A stretch of DNA of 64,000 nt. Source: Tubulanus polymorphus (lineage: Eukaryota > Animalia > Nemertea). This document shows, piece by piece, positions 1 to 14,138 of this stretch. Positions within the stretch are counted from its first letter, which is position 1, and each line of letters opens with the position of its first letter. A program made the translations under genes and the position numbers. The notes beneath the pieces are model-generated. The model was not told where the DNA came from and searched no databases. It saw nothing but the letters and a program-made list of their open reading frames with translations. The stretch lies in contig NC_134035.1 of assembly GCF_964204645.1 (NCBI RefSeq), positions 4,588,001 to 4,652,000 on the forward strand, in the 5' to 3' direction.

Positions 1-660
1 TGAAATATGAAAGAAAATTAATAAATCAGTAATCAACAGTAAGGCCTTCAGTAACATCTTTAATATTAATTTATTATAATCAAGGGGGTAAGACCCTCAG
101 TAATACCTTTCATATTTCTATACAAATTAATCAGTAATCAAGGGGATAAGACCCTCGGTAACATCTTTCATATTTCGCTTTTAGTTAATCAGTAATCAAG
201 GGGGTAAGACCCTCAGTAATACCTTTCATATTTCTATACAAATAAATCAGTAACCAAGGAGGTAAGACCCTCAGTAATACCTTTCATATGTCTATACAAA
301 TAAATCAGTAATCAAGGGGGTAAGACCCTCAGTAACACTGTTCATATTTCTATACAAATAAATCAGTAACCAAGGGGGTAAGATCCTCAGTAACATCTTT
401 CATATTTCGCTATAAATAAATCAGTAACCAAGGGGGTAAGATCCTCAGTAACATCTTTCATATTTCGCTATAAATTAATCAGTAATCAAGGGGTTAAGAC
501 CCTCGGTAACACCTTTCATATTTCTGTTCAAATTAACCAGTAATCAACAATAAGACAGTCAGTAAAATCTTTCACGTGTACGCATCAAAAAAACCAAATC
601 AGTATTTCTCGTTATAAGATAATAACAAATACTGAAAATCAGGAACAGTTAGCAGTTCTG
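1..660 (+). repeat. 58-bp tandem array (about 9 units) inside a dispersed element, copy 1 (truncated by the window edge)
   Basis: Unit aatcagtaatcaagggggtaagaccctcagtaatacctttcatatttctatacaaat, 58-bp period. The unique 3' flank gcatcaaaa...tatttctcg.tataa...aaatact...caggaacagt is shared with the copy at 50 kb. Confidence 0.9.
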
Positions 661-2724
661 TGCGAGCAACGGTTTCGTAATAGCTTCCATTATTGCTAGA
701 TACGCGAATACATTTTTATTTCATTCGAAAAAGTTGTTTCTGCAATTTACTTCACGATCAAAGCAGAAGATCATAATTTACGGTACTCTGGCCAAAAGAG
801 CCTATTTTCTAGTAAGAATAACGGATACCGACGCCATATAGAACCGCTCAAAATTTGAAATAAAACATACGCGGTTTGCATGCCTACGTTGCGTATGAAA
901 ATATTAACGGTTTGAATTAACCGATTTTCGAATTCAAATAAACAGTATAGATAATGAATGCTAATTTCTGAGACTAGATCACAAATTTCAGCGCAACGTT
1001 TAGAAAGGAATGATGTTGTTAGTACGGTTTCCGCGGAGGATTAGGTATATTTTTTTGTGCAGAAATATTACGCATTCAAACATAAGAAAAAATTTGCAAT
1101 AATGACATTTTATTCTTTTTCCTCAACCGATCTAACGGAAAAACACAGCCCTCCACCCCAGATATCTAACGCATTTCAGAACGAAAAAAAAAAGAAAATG
1201 GTGTCGTCACAAAATATTTTAAATTTTACCAGCTATATGTTTACTATATCGACCTACGCGTTGTGTGTATACGCCGCGTTTGTGTTGTTGAAATTAGGGT
1301 GGGTCCAAACTAACCAACCGTTACAAAACGCCTCGTCGCATCAGGCAACAACACGACGAGAATTTGGTCTGAAACGCTGTTTATGATATTCGAATAAATT
1401 TGATAGTATTGTAGTTTCTGCACACGTATAGTGTTACTATATCTGAAAATAATACATATATGTTGCTTTTGTAGTATTGTTTTGTTATTAAATCAATTTT
1501 GCGTCCAATGTAGCTTGTACCGAACTACATATATATGGCTGGCTATACGAAAATACCTTCATCCAAACAAGCCTTTGGTTGTTTTTCTTTCGCTATACGT
1601 TTTCACTGTCTTTTGTTATTCTAATAATTTCTCGAAATCTTAATTCGGAATTCGGAGTTTGATATTCTACGCTTCAAACACAATCTTCAATTTTACAAAC
1701 TGCTCATGATTTCAGCGTCCTTTGGACAAGAAATGAAGTCGGTCCCGATTAATTTCGAATGAAAAAATATTAGTTTTTTTACGCTAAATATCCATGCAGG
1801 CCTATAATCGCACAAAATGATATTGCAGTATCAAGCATTTTCGAATATACAAAATATGAATTTACTCTCAGTAGAATTTAAGTGATATTTTATTCGTTGA
1901 TCATTTCACTAATTTTGGCCGTAAAACATATGATGTATACTGGATTTAATAAACAAATCGTGAATTTCGAAAACAATAATTTGTGAAGAAGATTTGGCAA
2001 CGAATACAGTTTTAAATTGGCCACGATTTCTACAGAATTCAAAGCATAGAATATTTTATGCTTTCATTTCATTTTGGTATCTAATGCATATCATATATTT
2101 CATGGCTCTATTATCTTGCGATAAGAAAACATGATTTTGATGCTAGATAGTATCAAACCTTTTGGGGGTGGCTATAGATTTAGGATTTACGGGTCTTAAT
2201 ACCGGAATCATTGCAATATTTCAGCTGCTAACAATAATTTATGAATGATATTTCCTGTTAACAACCAAAGCCTTATTTTGTATCTGAAAATCCTACGCGT
2301 GACCGGGTGCAAATCGGCGCCGATTTCTAGGGATTTCATAATTAGAAGAACAACTGACTAATTCTCTTCTTGTGATTAGCGTATTGTTTTCACCGAATCG
2401 TCTAAACTAAATTTGAAAAAAAAGAAAATCTGCAACACTCACGCTGTGCTGAAATATTTATGAATATGTCTAAACGGTGAGGCTACTTCAATTTGATTAC
2501 TATACAATTTCAATATTGATGTCACCGAATGTTGACCTTTTGCCCGCGGTCCCGGGAGACCGGAACCGGAAATATACGGTGACGTAATTAAGCCGAAATT
2601 TTTTTAAAGTCGGAAGAATCATTCCGAAATATTTCTATTTTCACTTCGCGCGTACGCGTTGGTGCGTGGTACACGGGCTCGGATAGCTCCCCACCCCCCG
2701 ATGAAGCCCAGCGCCACACGACGC

Positions 2725-2849
2725 TGAAAAACACGGAAACAGGAGACAGAAACGTGTTTCGAGAAACGAGAAACACGCCTTTTCGGGAAACAATGTTTCC
2801 GCGATCAAACACGTTTGATTCCGCGTTTCTGCGTTTCCGTGTTTTCTGC
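2725..2849. repeat. Short inverted-repeat element (MITE-like)
   Basis: gaaaaacacggaaac ... gtttccgtgttttc arms with internal gaaac/gtttc subrepeats. Confidence 0.5.
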
Positions 2850-5800
2850 GTGCGTTGAGGGCTAAAACGGCGAGGCACAAATCTAGCTAATTAAAACGTA
2901 TACATTTTTGTCTGACTTACCCGACGCGCATCCGTCGACGTGAGATTTAAATCCACCATCCGTTTGGCGACGAATGCGCGGCGGGAAATCTGGTGCAATT
3001 ATATAAACGAAGACCAAGGGAACTTTATTGACAATAGATAAAGCTAAAACTGTGCTCATATTTGAAATCCATTGTCAATCTATAGCTATTTCATGGATTC
3101 TGAGTAGAGCGCCGTGCACAGTATAGTGAAATCGTTTCATTCGTTTGGACTCGACGGCACGGACGAACACGACAGAAATCGGTAGTAACCCGATTCGTGA
3201 CACGGACAAGCGTGCGAGTGCTGCTTCTGGCTACCGGAGGCAACCGTCGGGTATATGTTGATAACCGGAGGGGAGGAATAGGGAGGAGAATAACAGGCGC
3301 CCAATCCGTTTAGGGGATTTTGAGCAAAATACTTAACATATTGAATATGTAACAAATTACAATTTAACAAATTTTGTTTCCTCGATTTAAACAGAAAAAA
3401 TTAATATATTCCCTCTGAGTGTCCCTGAATTGTATAGATTACTATTCAAGACATTCATACCCGAGTCAAAAATTATTTTTAAAGATATTTTCGTGATTTC
3501 TAGCAACTTCCCTCGAGATATTCAACTTAATTCGTTCGACTCAGTTACCCCGAGGTATAAGTTTGATTTCAACATTTGTCTAGAAATATTCAACGCTTCG
3601 TGTGAACGCGCGATTTGAACGTGACGTCACTGAGTTATTAATAAATAATAATGTACGCGATGGATCAAGTTGCAGAACAGCCCCTCGCGCGCCTCCGACT
3701 CCATTGTAGCTCGGTATCGGAAAGTTGGAAACTTCTATCGGTAACTGATAAAATTTCGCCGGCGAATTGCTTAATCGAAGCGCGAGATAATGCAAAATCT
3801 AATACAATATTTCATTTCTAACGATCGGTAGCCCGGGCGCGCGCGCGAGCCGTTTGCCTGATTCGCTCTGCGAGGCCGCGTTGATTGGATAACCATCGAC
3901 CTGGCGGCATCGACCCGCGCGTCACGACGACCGCCGCCGTAATTTTCCAATTTCGCGTTCTTTCTCTCCGTTCGCCGTTCGAGTTTGTTTTAGAATCGAA
4001 CGCGGCGACAAAAAGAACCCGAATCACGCACAGAACGCACAGAACGCACAGAACGCAGAGACGAAACGTCGTTGTCGAAGTTTATAGATCGTCGCCGGTG
4101 TTTATGCAAAGAGTAATTATTCGCTAACGAGGTTTTGAGCGGTGTGACGATTGAATTCAACGATTGCGCCGACTCCGCCCGGAAAGGTCATTACGCGAGC
4201 AAAATCTAATTTTTAACTCGCGTCACTAAGACAAGTGGCTTTCTCGCTGTACAGCCAGTTAACCATAATGAGATAAGGGCCAAATGAACGGGCATTAAGC
4301 GATTTGTAATTGGCCATGTGTCACATATTTGCCTTGTAATCAATTTATCAAAGTCAGGCGGTCGTGTGGGCCTTGTAAAAAGCCCTCAAATGTTTTGAGG
4401 TGCCGTTTTCTAAATGAACTCTTTAAGATGTTAACTCACTCCCTTATCTCATGAAATCTTACGAAATGTTCTTGCATATTGGTCGGGCATAGGCAGGCAA
4501 GGGCAAGTTTGCTACTTGGAAATGCTGTATAACACCGAGGTAAAACTTCGCAATGAGTCGGCAAAAGAAGAGTAAAATATAATTAGTCCCACGATCGCTA
4601 AGTCGAAAAACTTGAAATATCGTAATATGAGAATTCATAAAAAATCCGAATTTTCGGTTTTCCCTGATTCCTGGTGATGGTCTTTAGTTTAAAACCCAAA
4701 ATTCGGATTTTCATAATGAATTTTGATATTACGATATTCGAAGTTTTTGTGTGATTGTGGGATTTATATGTTACTGTAAAATGCATCTTAACTATATCCA
4801 CAAATTCTTAATCGCTTTAATACGCTTCCGAATAATGTCTCAAAAATGCCCTTAAATGTGTCGCAAGACCTTTAAAAGTATTTAGACCTTGGATCCACCC
4901 CTGGCAGTCGACGAGACTTTAGACCTCCCCAAATAGACAGGATCCTTTTTCCGTTGCAGACGCTTCATGAGACGATATGAATATTGATAGCAATCTCTTA
5001 ACGTCGAGTGAAGTGTTTAGAAAAGCCGGTAGGATGGACTCTGCGGATCAGGTGAAATTAAAATCCATTACCATCAGGTAATTCTTGCCCCGCGACTATC
5101 AGAGAGAGCCTAAGCTCCGCTCGATTACAACGGGGATATATTTAATTTTGCACGGATCGGCTGCTGGGGAGGTTTTACTCGCACGCAAGCGGGTCGAGAC
5201 GAGAGGTGTTTCTCAGGGGCAACCGCTGTATCATCTCCCAGAAAGTAAACAATAACCCGACTGCTCGGTCACGCGATGTCTCAGCGCGTGCCGACACTTC
5301 TCATTTCCGCGTCTCGCAGACGAGAAATCGTTTTTTTTAAACAAATTTTTGATAAATTATAGATTCAGGTTCGTTGTCGACCACCGGTTTTTCCTATACG
5401 GGTTCAGACGCTGTAACAGCAGGAGTTCCTGAATCCAAAAGATCCCATTGTACTTTTGAATAAATGATTGATGTATAATTCATATGAAAAAATTCATTTT
5501 CGTGGTTATTTCATTATTTTCCTTCCCTATTTGCTCACGCAAGTCCAATTGTGTTTTCTATAAATCTATTCATATTTAATTCACTTTTTCGAATAAGCTT
5601 AGATAATATTCTCGAAGTTCACTTACTGCGTTCATATACTTATTACGGCGCAACTACTATTCCCAAAAAAATCTCCTTTTTTCGAAAATCAGGCGCTGAT
5701 TCAGAATCTAACGCGATTTTCAATCAATCTTCATTAAAGAATGGAGCAATATCTGTCGACGATACAAATCATGATGTTTTTATCTGATCGTTAGTTCGGT

Positions 5801-6524
5801 GACGGGAAAGTGACAAATGCCGTTAATCATCAAAAAAATCTTTAATCAGATAAAACCTGTGACGCTCTTTACATTTTGGCTTATTGTAACGATTAGGTTG
5901 ATAGTGGCAGTACGCACCAAGGGGGGGGGGTTCGAATCTGGGCCTCGTTCATAGACAGCTACGAATATGTCAATCTACGTAGTACATTTAACCAGTGCTT
6001 GTCGTCTGTCCTGCTGACGGCTCCGACAAATGTCATTCTATGGGCAATCAGACCGTATTTTACATTTCGCGTATCGTTCCGTATATAAATTGGTTGCCGG
6101 CGACAACTAAAGCGAAAGGTCATTTTCTAAAAGGCTCCCACACGCGACGCAGTTTGTGTCTTCCCGAGCCGGTCGGTAGCGAATAAGATTTAAAATACTA
6201 ACCTTTCATCCATCGTATTCTTACGCATCTAAGTTATTATAAGACAGGTTTTTTCGCTATACCGAGCCGAAACCTTTCACCTTGTCGCTCGTAGTTCGCA
6301 GCGTGTTTATTCATTGTCTGCCGAAGTCGTCTTTTTCGTTTCAATTTTACTTCTATCTGCCACGGGGCTCCTTCCGTTCAGCGACCAACACTGGCCCTAG
6401 TCAAACACACGACTGTTCATCATTATATATAAATGCTATTTCATCACGAATCAACTATTTTTACATGTAGCGTAATATGGGCGGTCAATCTGAAAAAAGG
6501 TCACCATGAATGTCGGACGCTATT

Positions 6525-6720
6525 GTGCTTTAGTTGATTTTGTCCGTGCCCTACTTTGTTTGTTTGAATGCTTTTTCAAGAATGTCTTTGTACAAGGCCG
6601 AGCCGATGGTGTCGTGATTAAGAAAGACTTCGTTGATTTTGGCTGTTCTCTATTTTTTCATTGGAATGCTATTTCAAAGAATTTCTTTGTACAAGGCCGG
6701 ACCGATGGTGTCGTGATGAA
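6525..6720. repeat. Local tandem duplication of about 100 bp
   Basis: gaatgct.tttcaa.gaat.tctttgtacaaggccg..ccgatggtgtcgtgat occurs twice. Confidence 0.8.
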
Positions 6721-9700
6721 AAGATTTCGTTTCGCGGCGGATTGCCTTGCACTGCGCTCGCTTGCTTGTCGTCTGTCGGCGGCGCGGAGTCGTGGCTGAG
6801 AGTTGAACATGTGGTTTTACCATATTCACTGAGTCACGACAATAATGGGACAGCTTACTAATGGAAGATCGTTGCTGTAGGGAGCGAATACAACCGCTAT
6901 TCTATATAACGAGCCGGGCTAATGGCACTAACTGACCGTCCTTGTACAATGGAGCGCTTATCCGCCGTTCCGAACACGGGATGATCGGCTGCGAATCTTG
7001 TTTATTCCATCATCGCCGCGCGCTTTTAAAAATGTCAGTTCGTGTAAAGCAAAATAGAATTGTCGCTCGTCAGATATTCTTTATTCTTCCAGCATCGTTT
7101 CGTCGATGGTTTTACTGCAAAATATCATTATTTTAAAAATCAGAGTTTTGCAACGTTCGCCCCGAGAACGTTGAAATCCCCTGACGACCTTATGCGTGGA
7201 CGTTGAAACGGAGTCCGTGATTCACCCCAGGGCGGTTTTGGAAGAAGCCATTTATCGGTTCAATTCTAGACTAATTTTCGATTTTCGCTTCCCGGGTTGA
7301 AACGAACGATAACTACAGTACGGAACAGACATCCTGGACGGCCATTCCTTGGGCATTTTGGTGAAAAGATGAAGAAGATTGTGATACCAAAATTTGTTCG
7401 ATATCAATTCTGAGAGAAACCGGCCACCAGGATCATGGTTCAAGGTTTATCCAAATGCGAGAAATCTGCTTACGATTTTAACAATCATATTCAATTGAAT
7501 TGATTTTGAATTGAATTTATTTTGCATTCAAAAATTACATTACAAAATAGAAAAATTGAGGGTTCCGTGTGAATTTTCTTACAATATACAGCAAAGAATA
7601 CAAAATCAAATTACATTGAAAATGGATTACACAGTTAAGCCAATTATCGTGTGTTTAAGCTTCTTTTTCGATTTGTTTATTTACTATTTTCATATCAATT
7701 TCGTCTTATCAACGAGCTCTCTGCCGAAGCTCTATAGATCGGTGAAAATACGGTGAAAAGATTTTTTAGCTAATCTAATATCAGATATCAGATATATTGT
7801 ATATGTATATATATGAACACACGAACGTCCTTGACAGAGAAGCGCATCCGCATACGAGACCAGATACAATTTCATCGGGACAAAAAAGCTTTTGTATTTC
7901 AAAATTCAACATCTAAGAATTAAGCCGGCGGCTACGGGTTTTTTTGTGTAGTATTTAGGATTTTTCCATGCCGCTGCGAGGTACCGCCGGCAGCCATCCC
8001 TCGGGCGGTTATCGTTTCAGCATCGCCAGCTCTCAGCAGTGGTCCGTCGCTGCCGAGTTTGTAGCAATACGGCAATTTCATCGGTCTCTTTGTCCATCTA
8101 TTTAGCGAAAAAATTCCCCTATCCGTTGTGTATACAGCCTGATTTAGAGCTTCAGAATTCGCATCAATTCGGAAGTTAATAGGCAAATCACCTTTCGTGG
8201 CATTCAGCCCGTTTATCATTGTCGTTTCAGACAATGTCCAAATCTTGAATACAAATTTTCTAATACGTAAATAATATACTTCAATAAATATGATATTCAT
8301 AATATTCTTTTGCCAGACGTATCGTCACGCGCATGCGTCGAAACGGCAATCGTTTGAATTCGAACTAATTTAAATAAAAGACTACATAGAATCGTCATTC
8401 CTTTCAATAATGAGAAACGATTGATATTCTAATGGGGCTCTTATGCGCTAAAGTACGATTTCCCCGCTTTCGTCTGAACGAAAAAAAACAAGGTACGAGC
8501 AGAGGGGCAAAAACGCTGAATTCGATTAAAATTTAGGACGAGACGACGTCGCTTTCGGCTGATCGTAACAAGATTTATCTGACGGCGACGACGGTCTGTG
8601 TAGCGATAAGTATGCAGAACGTAGCGCCGACCTCGGTGGTAAAAACCCCATTTGCCCAGTGGAGCAACGTCGGCTAACCATTGAGGCGTGAAGCCCATTC
8701 ATCAACGGGTAACATGTCTACGGCAATTACCTCGATTTACAACCGAAACATTCACAGATTATATCCCTGTGTCTCTTGCGCGGTATCAAACAAAACAAGA
8801 CTAGAAGGTCTCGAGACAAAAAGATATCGCAATACGCTGCTTGCTTCGCTAAGATTTTCTTAACGAAAGTATATATGCAGGAGTAATAGCAAAAAATAAT
8901 TTTCTTGTTTATTTTTTCTATCAGAGAAATCCGGCAAAATAATTGTGGGCGATATTCTCTGCGTTAACCGTTGTTTTGCTTCATTTTGATCACAAATTTT
9001 ACGATTTACGCCTTTCGTATATGTACGTATGTAGGCTACCGTCGACAATTCGTCAAGTTTAGCAAGAGTCGGAGGTTCATTTTATCAACAACTGAGATCT
9101 GGAATCTCATTTTTCATTGTTTTCTCGGTCATTAGGTGTCGTTCGGTTGTTGTAACGTCTGCCTGCGACGAATACACAAATCGGTGCGCGTCTGCGAGGT
9201 GTGAACTGGTGCGAAAAGTCAGATTAAATTCTACATGTTAATAACCTTCCGCGCTCGGTGATTAATTACCGTTTAGATAACGTGTCCCTACGCTACTGAT
9301 TTAAATCTACCCGCGTGAACTGAACGCTTCAGTTGGAAAACTACCGAAATTTCCTAATTTAAAGTGACATTTGACTACGGTATCAGTCGCCTTCCAGCCC
9401 TCATATCACAGGAATGATATGATATTTATTTTCCCCATGATTCAACATGTAACACAAATAAGCTTATATACTTTTGATAATACCAAACCGATGTTGGCAT
9501 TAGTCCACAGGGAGGGGGTGTCGATTTTCAAGAATGTTGAACTTAGCTTTAAGAAAGTGCGAGTACTCGCGTAGACCACTTTAGAAATTAGATACAAAAA
9601 GGAGCCTATTTCATCAATTTCAAGTGGGGATGAAATTTTTGCTTCTTTTCCCTACAATTTGGAATTGAATCAAGTTAATTTGGCAATGTGCGAAATAGTG

Positions 9701-12700
9701 ACATTTCTACTGGCGGCATTTTTTCCTATGTTGCAAACTGGTGGCATTTTTGCCGGTGGCATTATTTCCGTAACCAGTTTGGAAGCGCGTACATATTTTG
9801 AACGAAAACGAATGGAAGCGTTATCAATGAGTGAATCTTTTGAAATCGATGCTCAAATTCCCTCAAGGCCGGCGGCATCTGGGCGGAAATTCGTCAATCG
9901 TTCGAACCCCCCTTAATACAGGCCTGCATTGATTTTTAGATTTCATATTAAATTCAATTCATTTATTTTGGCCACAGCACATGTATATCTGACTGTGTAG
10001 CTAATGTCCTTCCTTGACAGTGGTTTCAAGTCACCTTACGTATACAGCACTATTCAATAGGTCATCACTAACGAGTCCAGGACTTAATCAAAGTAACTCG
10101 TACCTGTTTTAGGATGGGAGATGTTGGGTTTTCCTATCATATCGCCATTAGTCGCTCAAGCAGTTCGCCCACTTCTTCGTTCCCACAATCTCGACGGGTA
10201 ATGCGTCATGACGTCATGAATAGAAAGGTCGAGATCAATTCTTGGAATCTTCCACAAATCTCTGTCCCTAATGTGGGTCAGGTCCGATGCACGGGGTAGA
10301 GATCTATCGGGCATTTCTGGGGAATATCCTTTTTGAGTTTTCCATTGCCGAGATGTTTGGACATGACCATCTTGAGGGAATTCGCTTTGGTTTGGACACG
10401 ACTATTTTGAGGGAATCTGTTTTCGACGAATTAGGGCTTAGGATCCGTACAGGTCTTTCCTCGAGTTGGTCGTCTTCCGCGGACCAGAGAGATGGCAGGG
10501 GATATTCCAGATGGTATCCTTCAGCAGCGACCGAGAGAGACCGAGATCGGCAAATAACGAAGCAACACCTCGAAAAGTTCGATTCATGACTTTTAATCAA
10601 ATACAGACCCTGATACACGTAGTATACAAATGCAAGTCAAATTTTTTTACATGATTTTTAATCATCAGTTTTTTTAAAGTACAAAATTTTACAACCAGTA
10701 TATCTGACAGAGCATCTAAAACCCTTCAAGAACGGGGGGAGATATGTATCCATATTCGTTTCGTTTATATTAAGTTTTCGCCGACTTTTCGTGAAAATAA
10801 AAAAGCCAAACTGTTATTCTTTTTTTTACAATGAAACATTCCGAGTTATCATATGTAGGTAAATTGTTTTCGAAAGCGATACCGAAAATGTTCTCATAAG
10901 ATATTTCCTGATCCCACAAAATTCGAATGTGAATTTCCAAATCCAATCGTTAGATTCACCTTTTTGTTTGGCTGTTTTTTTTTTTTAGCTATACATACAT
11001 GTATTTATCATCTTCCAGTTGAAATTGGTTCAAATTTTCATTATTTTTCCATCTTATATTTTTTTCGTAACATTTCCACATAAATGCATAGTATATTAAA
11101 TACAATTTTCCATATAGAGAATGAGGTTTTCTTTTTACAATCAAAGGGAACAATAGTAAAGTAATTACCAGTTTTTCTTTTCGAGACAAACCCTTACCAA
11201 ACAATACATGGATTCATTTATAATTGAAGGTGTACAGTATAGAGTTAGATTCTAAAACGTAGAATCGAAGGCTTTAGGCAGATCGTCAAAAAACGCCGTA
11301 TCGTCGAAAGCTTTGCGCGTCGTCGGTGATCGGGAAAAAAAGACGAATAGAATTTTCTGAGCCTCTCCGACGCGAACTTTGAAAACAAAACGCCTTCGAA
11401 TACGGTATATCTCGTATACGATGTATGTAGACAATGAACTGCCTAAAGCCTGGAGGAAAATCGCTTTGAACCATACACAAGAGCACGGGAGGCTTATTCG
11501 ACAACGTAACCAAGCGTTCGAAAATGATCTCGATTCTCGGATGTTCATCTCGACGTTTCAATGCCATCAATTCATCGTCATCGAGTTGGCGATAACATTT
11601 ACCTTATTCAACCTAATTAATTCGTGCGATAATTATCACCTTCGTAAAATGCAACGAAAAACCGGCGAAAATTTCGACGGCGTTTCAGTCGCCGCATGAT
11701 TAAGAATTGTAGAATAAGCCACTATTTTAATGCGTAGAGTGGGCGGTAGGGCCTATATCGACGCTAAAGTAACAGTTTCGTTCGCCTACTACGCCCGCCC
11801 GTGCTACGCGCCTCTATTCAAATTTTACATTTCACATCATGGTTAATTTTCTAGACACGATGAAGAAAATAACGATATGAGACGAGAGAGGTTTCGACGA
11901 ACGTTCATTCTTCGATCTAAACTAAACATGGCAGTGATAAAGAGACAAAAACCCGGACAGCAAGGTTTATTTCATTACACATACATTCATTAACTACTAT
12001 AATGGCTATATAACACGGTCACTTGCTGCCCCTAAAGAAATGATATCAATTATTATTTCTATACTAGAATAAGAATGTCGCTGGAATCGCGACGAAAACC
12101 AGCGACGGACTAGAAGATTTTCTGCTGCATTCCCCTCTCTCCGCGCGATAAATAACGGATTCAAAGGTGACAGGACTAGATATGTGCGGCTCGATACTAA
12201 ATGCCCGATTATCAGTAATATATTTCCGAGGCCGAGTCCGCAGACGCGTTTTAAACCTAACCTAACCCCGAGCGAACTCGACAGAGTTGAATACCGCCGG
12301 GTGAAGTTTATAAACGCGTTTACGTGCAACAGACCCCTGGTTTATGATTGAATGTACCGGTTTCGTTTTTTTTTTTCGATTATTGGGAATTTTGCATAAA
12401 TTCTAACGTAGTTAAAATTTCGAAGGTATTTCCATCGGCTTTTTACAGAGAGAAATTTAGCCCACCCCGCCCGAGATCTAAAGCGAACTTTAATAATAAT
12501 AATAATAATCATATATAATTTATTTACACGGTAAAATTGGCGAGAAAAAAAAACAACAACGGCAAAATCTTGAAGAACAAACGAAATTTTTTTTTTGTCG
12601 AACGGTTTAGAAGAAAGTCGAAAATGCAGTAACTAAAAAACGTATAGAGCGGCAGCACCGGCCGAAAGGTACTCCGATTATCATTATTATCATCATATCA

Positions 12701-12984
12701 TATTCGCGATAATCGTAACATTGTCAAAAAAACGTTCCCAGTGGAGAACCGGGCAGGCGGCGCCCCTCGCGCCAATGAGAGAGCGAGCACGCGCGCTCGC
12801 GCCGGACTCCTCGTGGGGGACGGTTAAAATCTGTCTCCGTTAATAATAATAAAGAACACGACGTGAAATCAGTTCCAAAATGTTCGTTTAAATATCTTAC
12901 AATGACGCATTGAACAAACATATTTACATTATTATCATTATCGATATCAAACAAATCCTTCATTTCAGTAGAAATTGACGCCCG

Positions 12985-13034
<50 letters not shown>

Positions 13035-13811
13035 CAATAATAGGCCGCTAAAAGAAACGTAAAAACTGAACAAACACTTGTAACCAACTGAGAGGAAAGC
13101 TTAGTGGAACCACGTTATAACGAACTCGCGGATCTTTACAGAATATAAGCGCTAAAAATTTAATTATGTTTCTCGTCGTTAAGATATTAAGAACTATCGG
13201 TTTTAACTGATCCACATTTCTGATCCGCGAAATTCGTCGCAACGAGGTTCCGTTCCGGTATTTTTTTTCAATAGACTCGGACGACGTCGAAAACGTTTTC
13301 AATTCCGTTTTAAAATCGCATTCGAAAACTGATAATCATTCGTTCGATTCGAATTAAAAAATGACGATAACTTATATGTAACGCAATAAATTCGGTAAAA
13401 TACCAATCAATCGATTTAATAAAATTAGACGAATAAATTAAATTAAAATGGGCGCGCGCGCGCGCGTACGCGCGACGCGGACAAATTCTCGACTTGAGAA
13501 ACGAACATAGAAATGAAATGAAATGTAAGATGGCTCCAACCGGCCTTACGTGCATTGAAATGAATGAACTTTCTATTTACATCGATACATGTTTCATCGA
13601 CATTTTCCGTTAGTTCGATGATGATGATGATGATGATGCTGATGATGTTGATGTTATTGACGATCTTTCAATTAAAATGACGCTAAAAACCAACGTACGG
13701 AGAACAAGAAATTCTCGAGCATTTTTTGTTGAAATTTCTAAGCATGAAAAACAAAAAAGAAACGCTATCGACCGATCATGAGCATTGAAATAAAGACGAT
13801 GTTAATGACAA

Positions 13812-14138
13812 TGGTTCCCACAGATGCATGAATTAAAAATTCCCAAGTTTCTCCCGAGTGTTTCATGGACGATTTTTCAATTAACCCAATTAAAAATGGG
13901 GCCTTTGTAAAAATGAACAGATACGATCATACTGCAGTCAACTGGTTACTATTTGATAACGGTGATTTCAAAGAAAAATTGCCGAAGAAAGTTGCCCTCG
14001 TCAAATGCAATACGTGAAATGTAAATTAATTTCTCAAACATTACAATGACTTGAGGAAAATTTCTCAAATTCTTAAATATCTCCGAACTGGGAATTTTTT
14101 TAATAAGTTTTTCCCAATTTCCATGTACCGTGGGAACC
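13812..14138. mobile_element. MITE with GGTTCCCAC...GTGGGAACC termini; its right end plus flank is duplicated at about 14211-14320
   Basis: Terminal inverted repeat with internal ttccc subrepeats. Related elements lie at about 32730-32856 and 42338-42674. Confidence 0.6.

Noticed and set aside
8120-8160. Hox-cluster miRNA (miR-10/miR-993-like) similarity
   Set aside because: Only a short partial match, no hairpin, and no Hox homeobox in the window.
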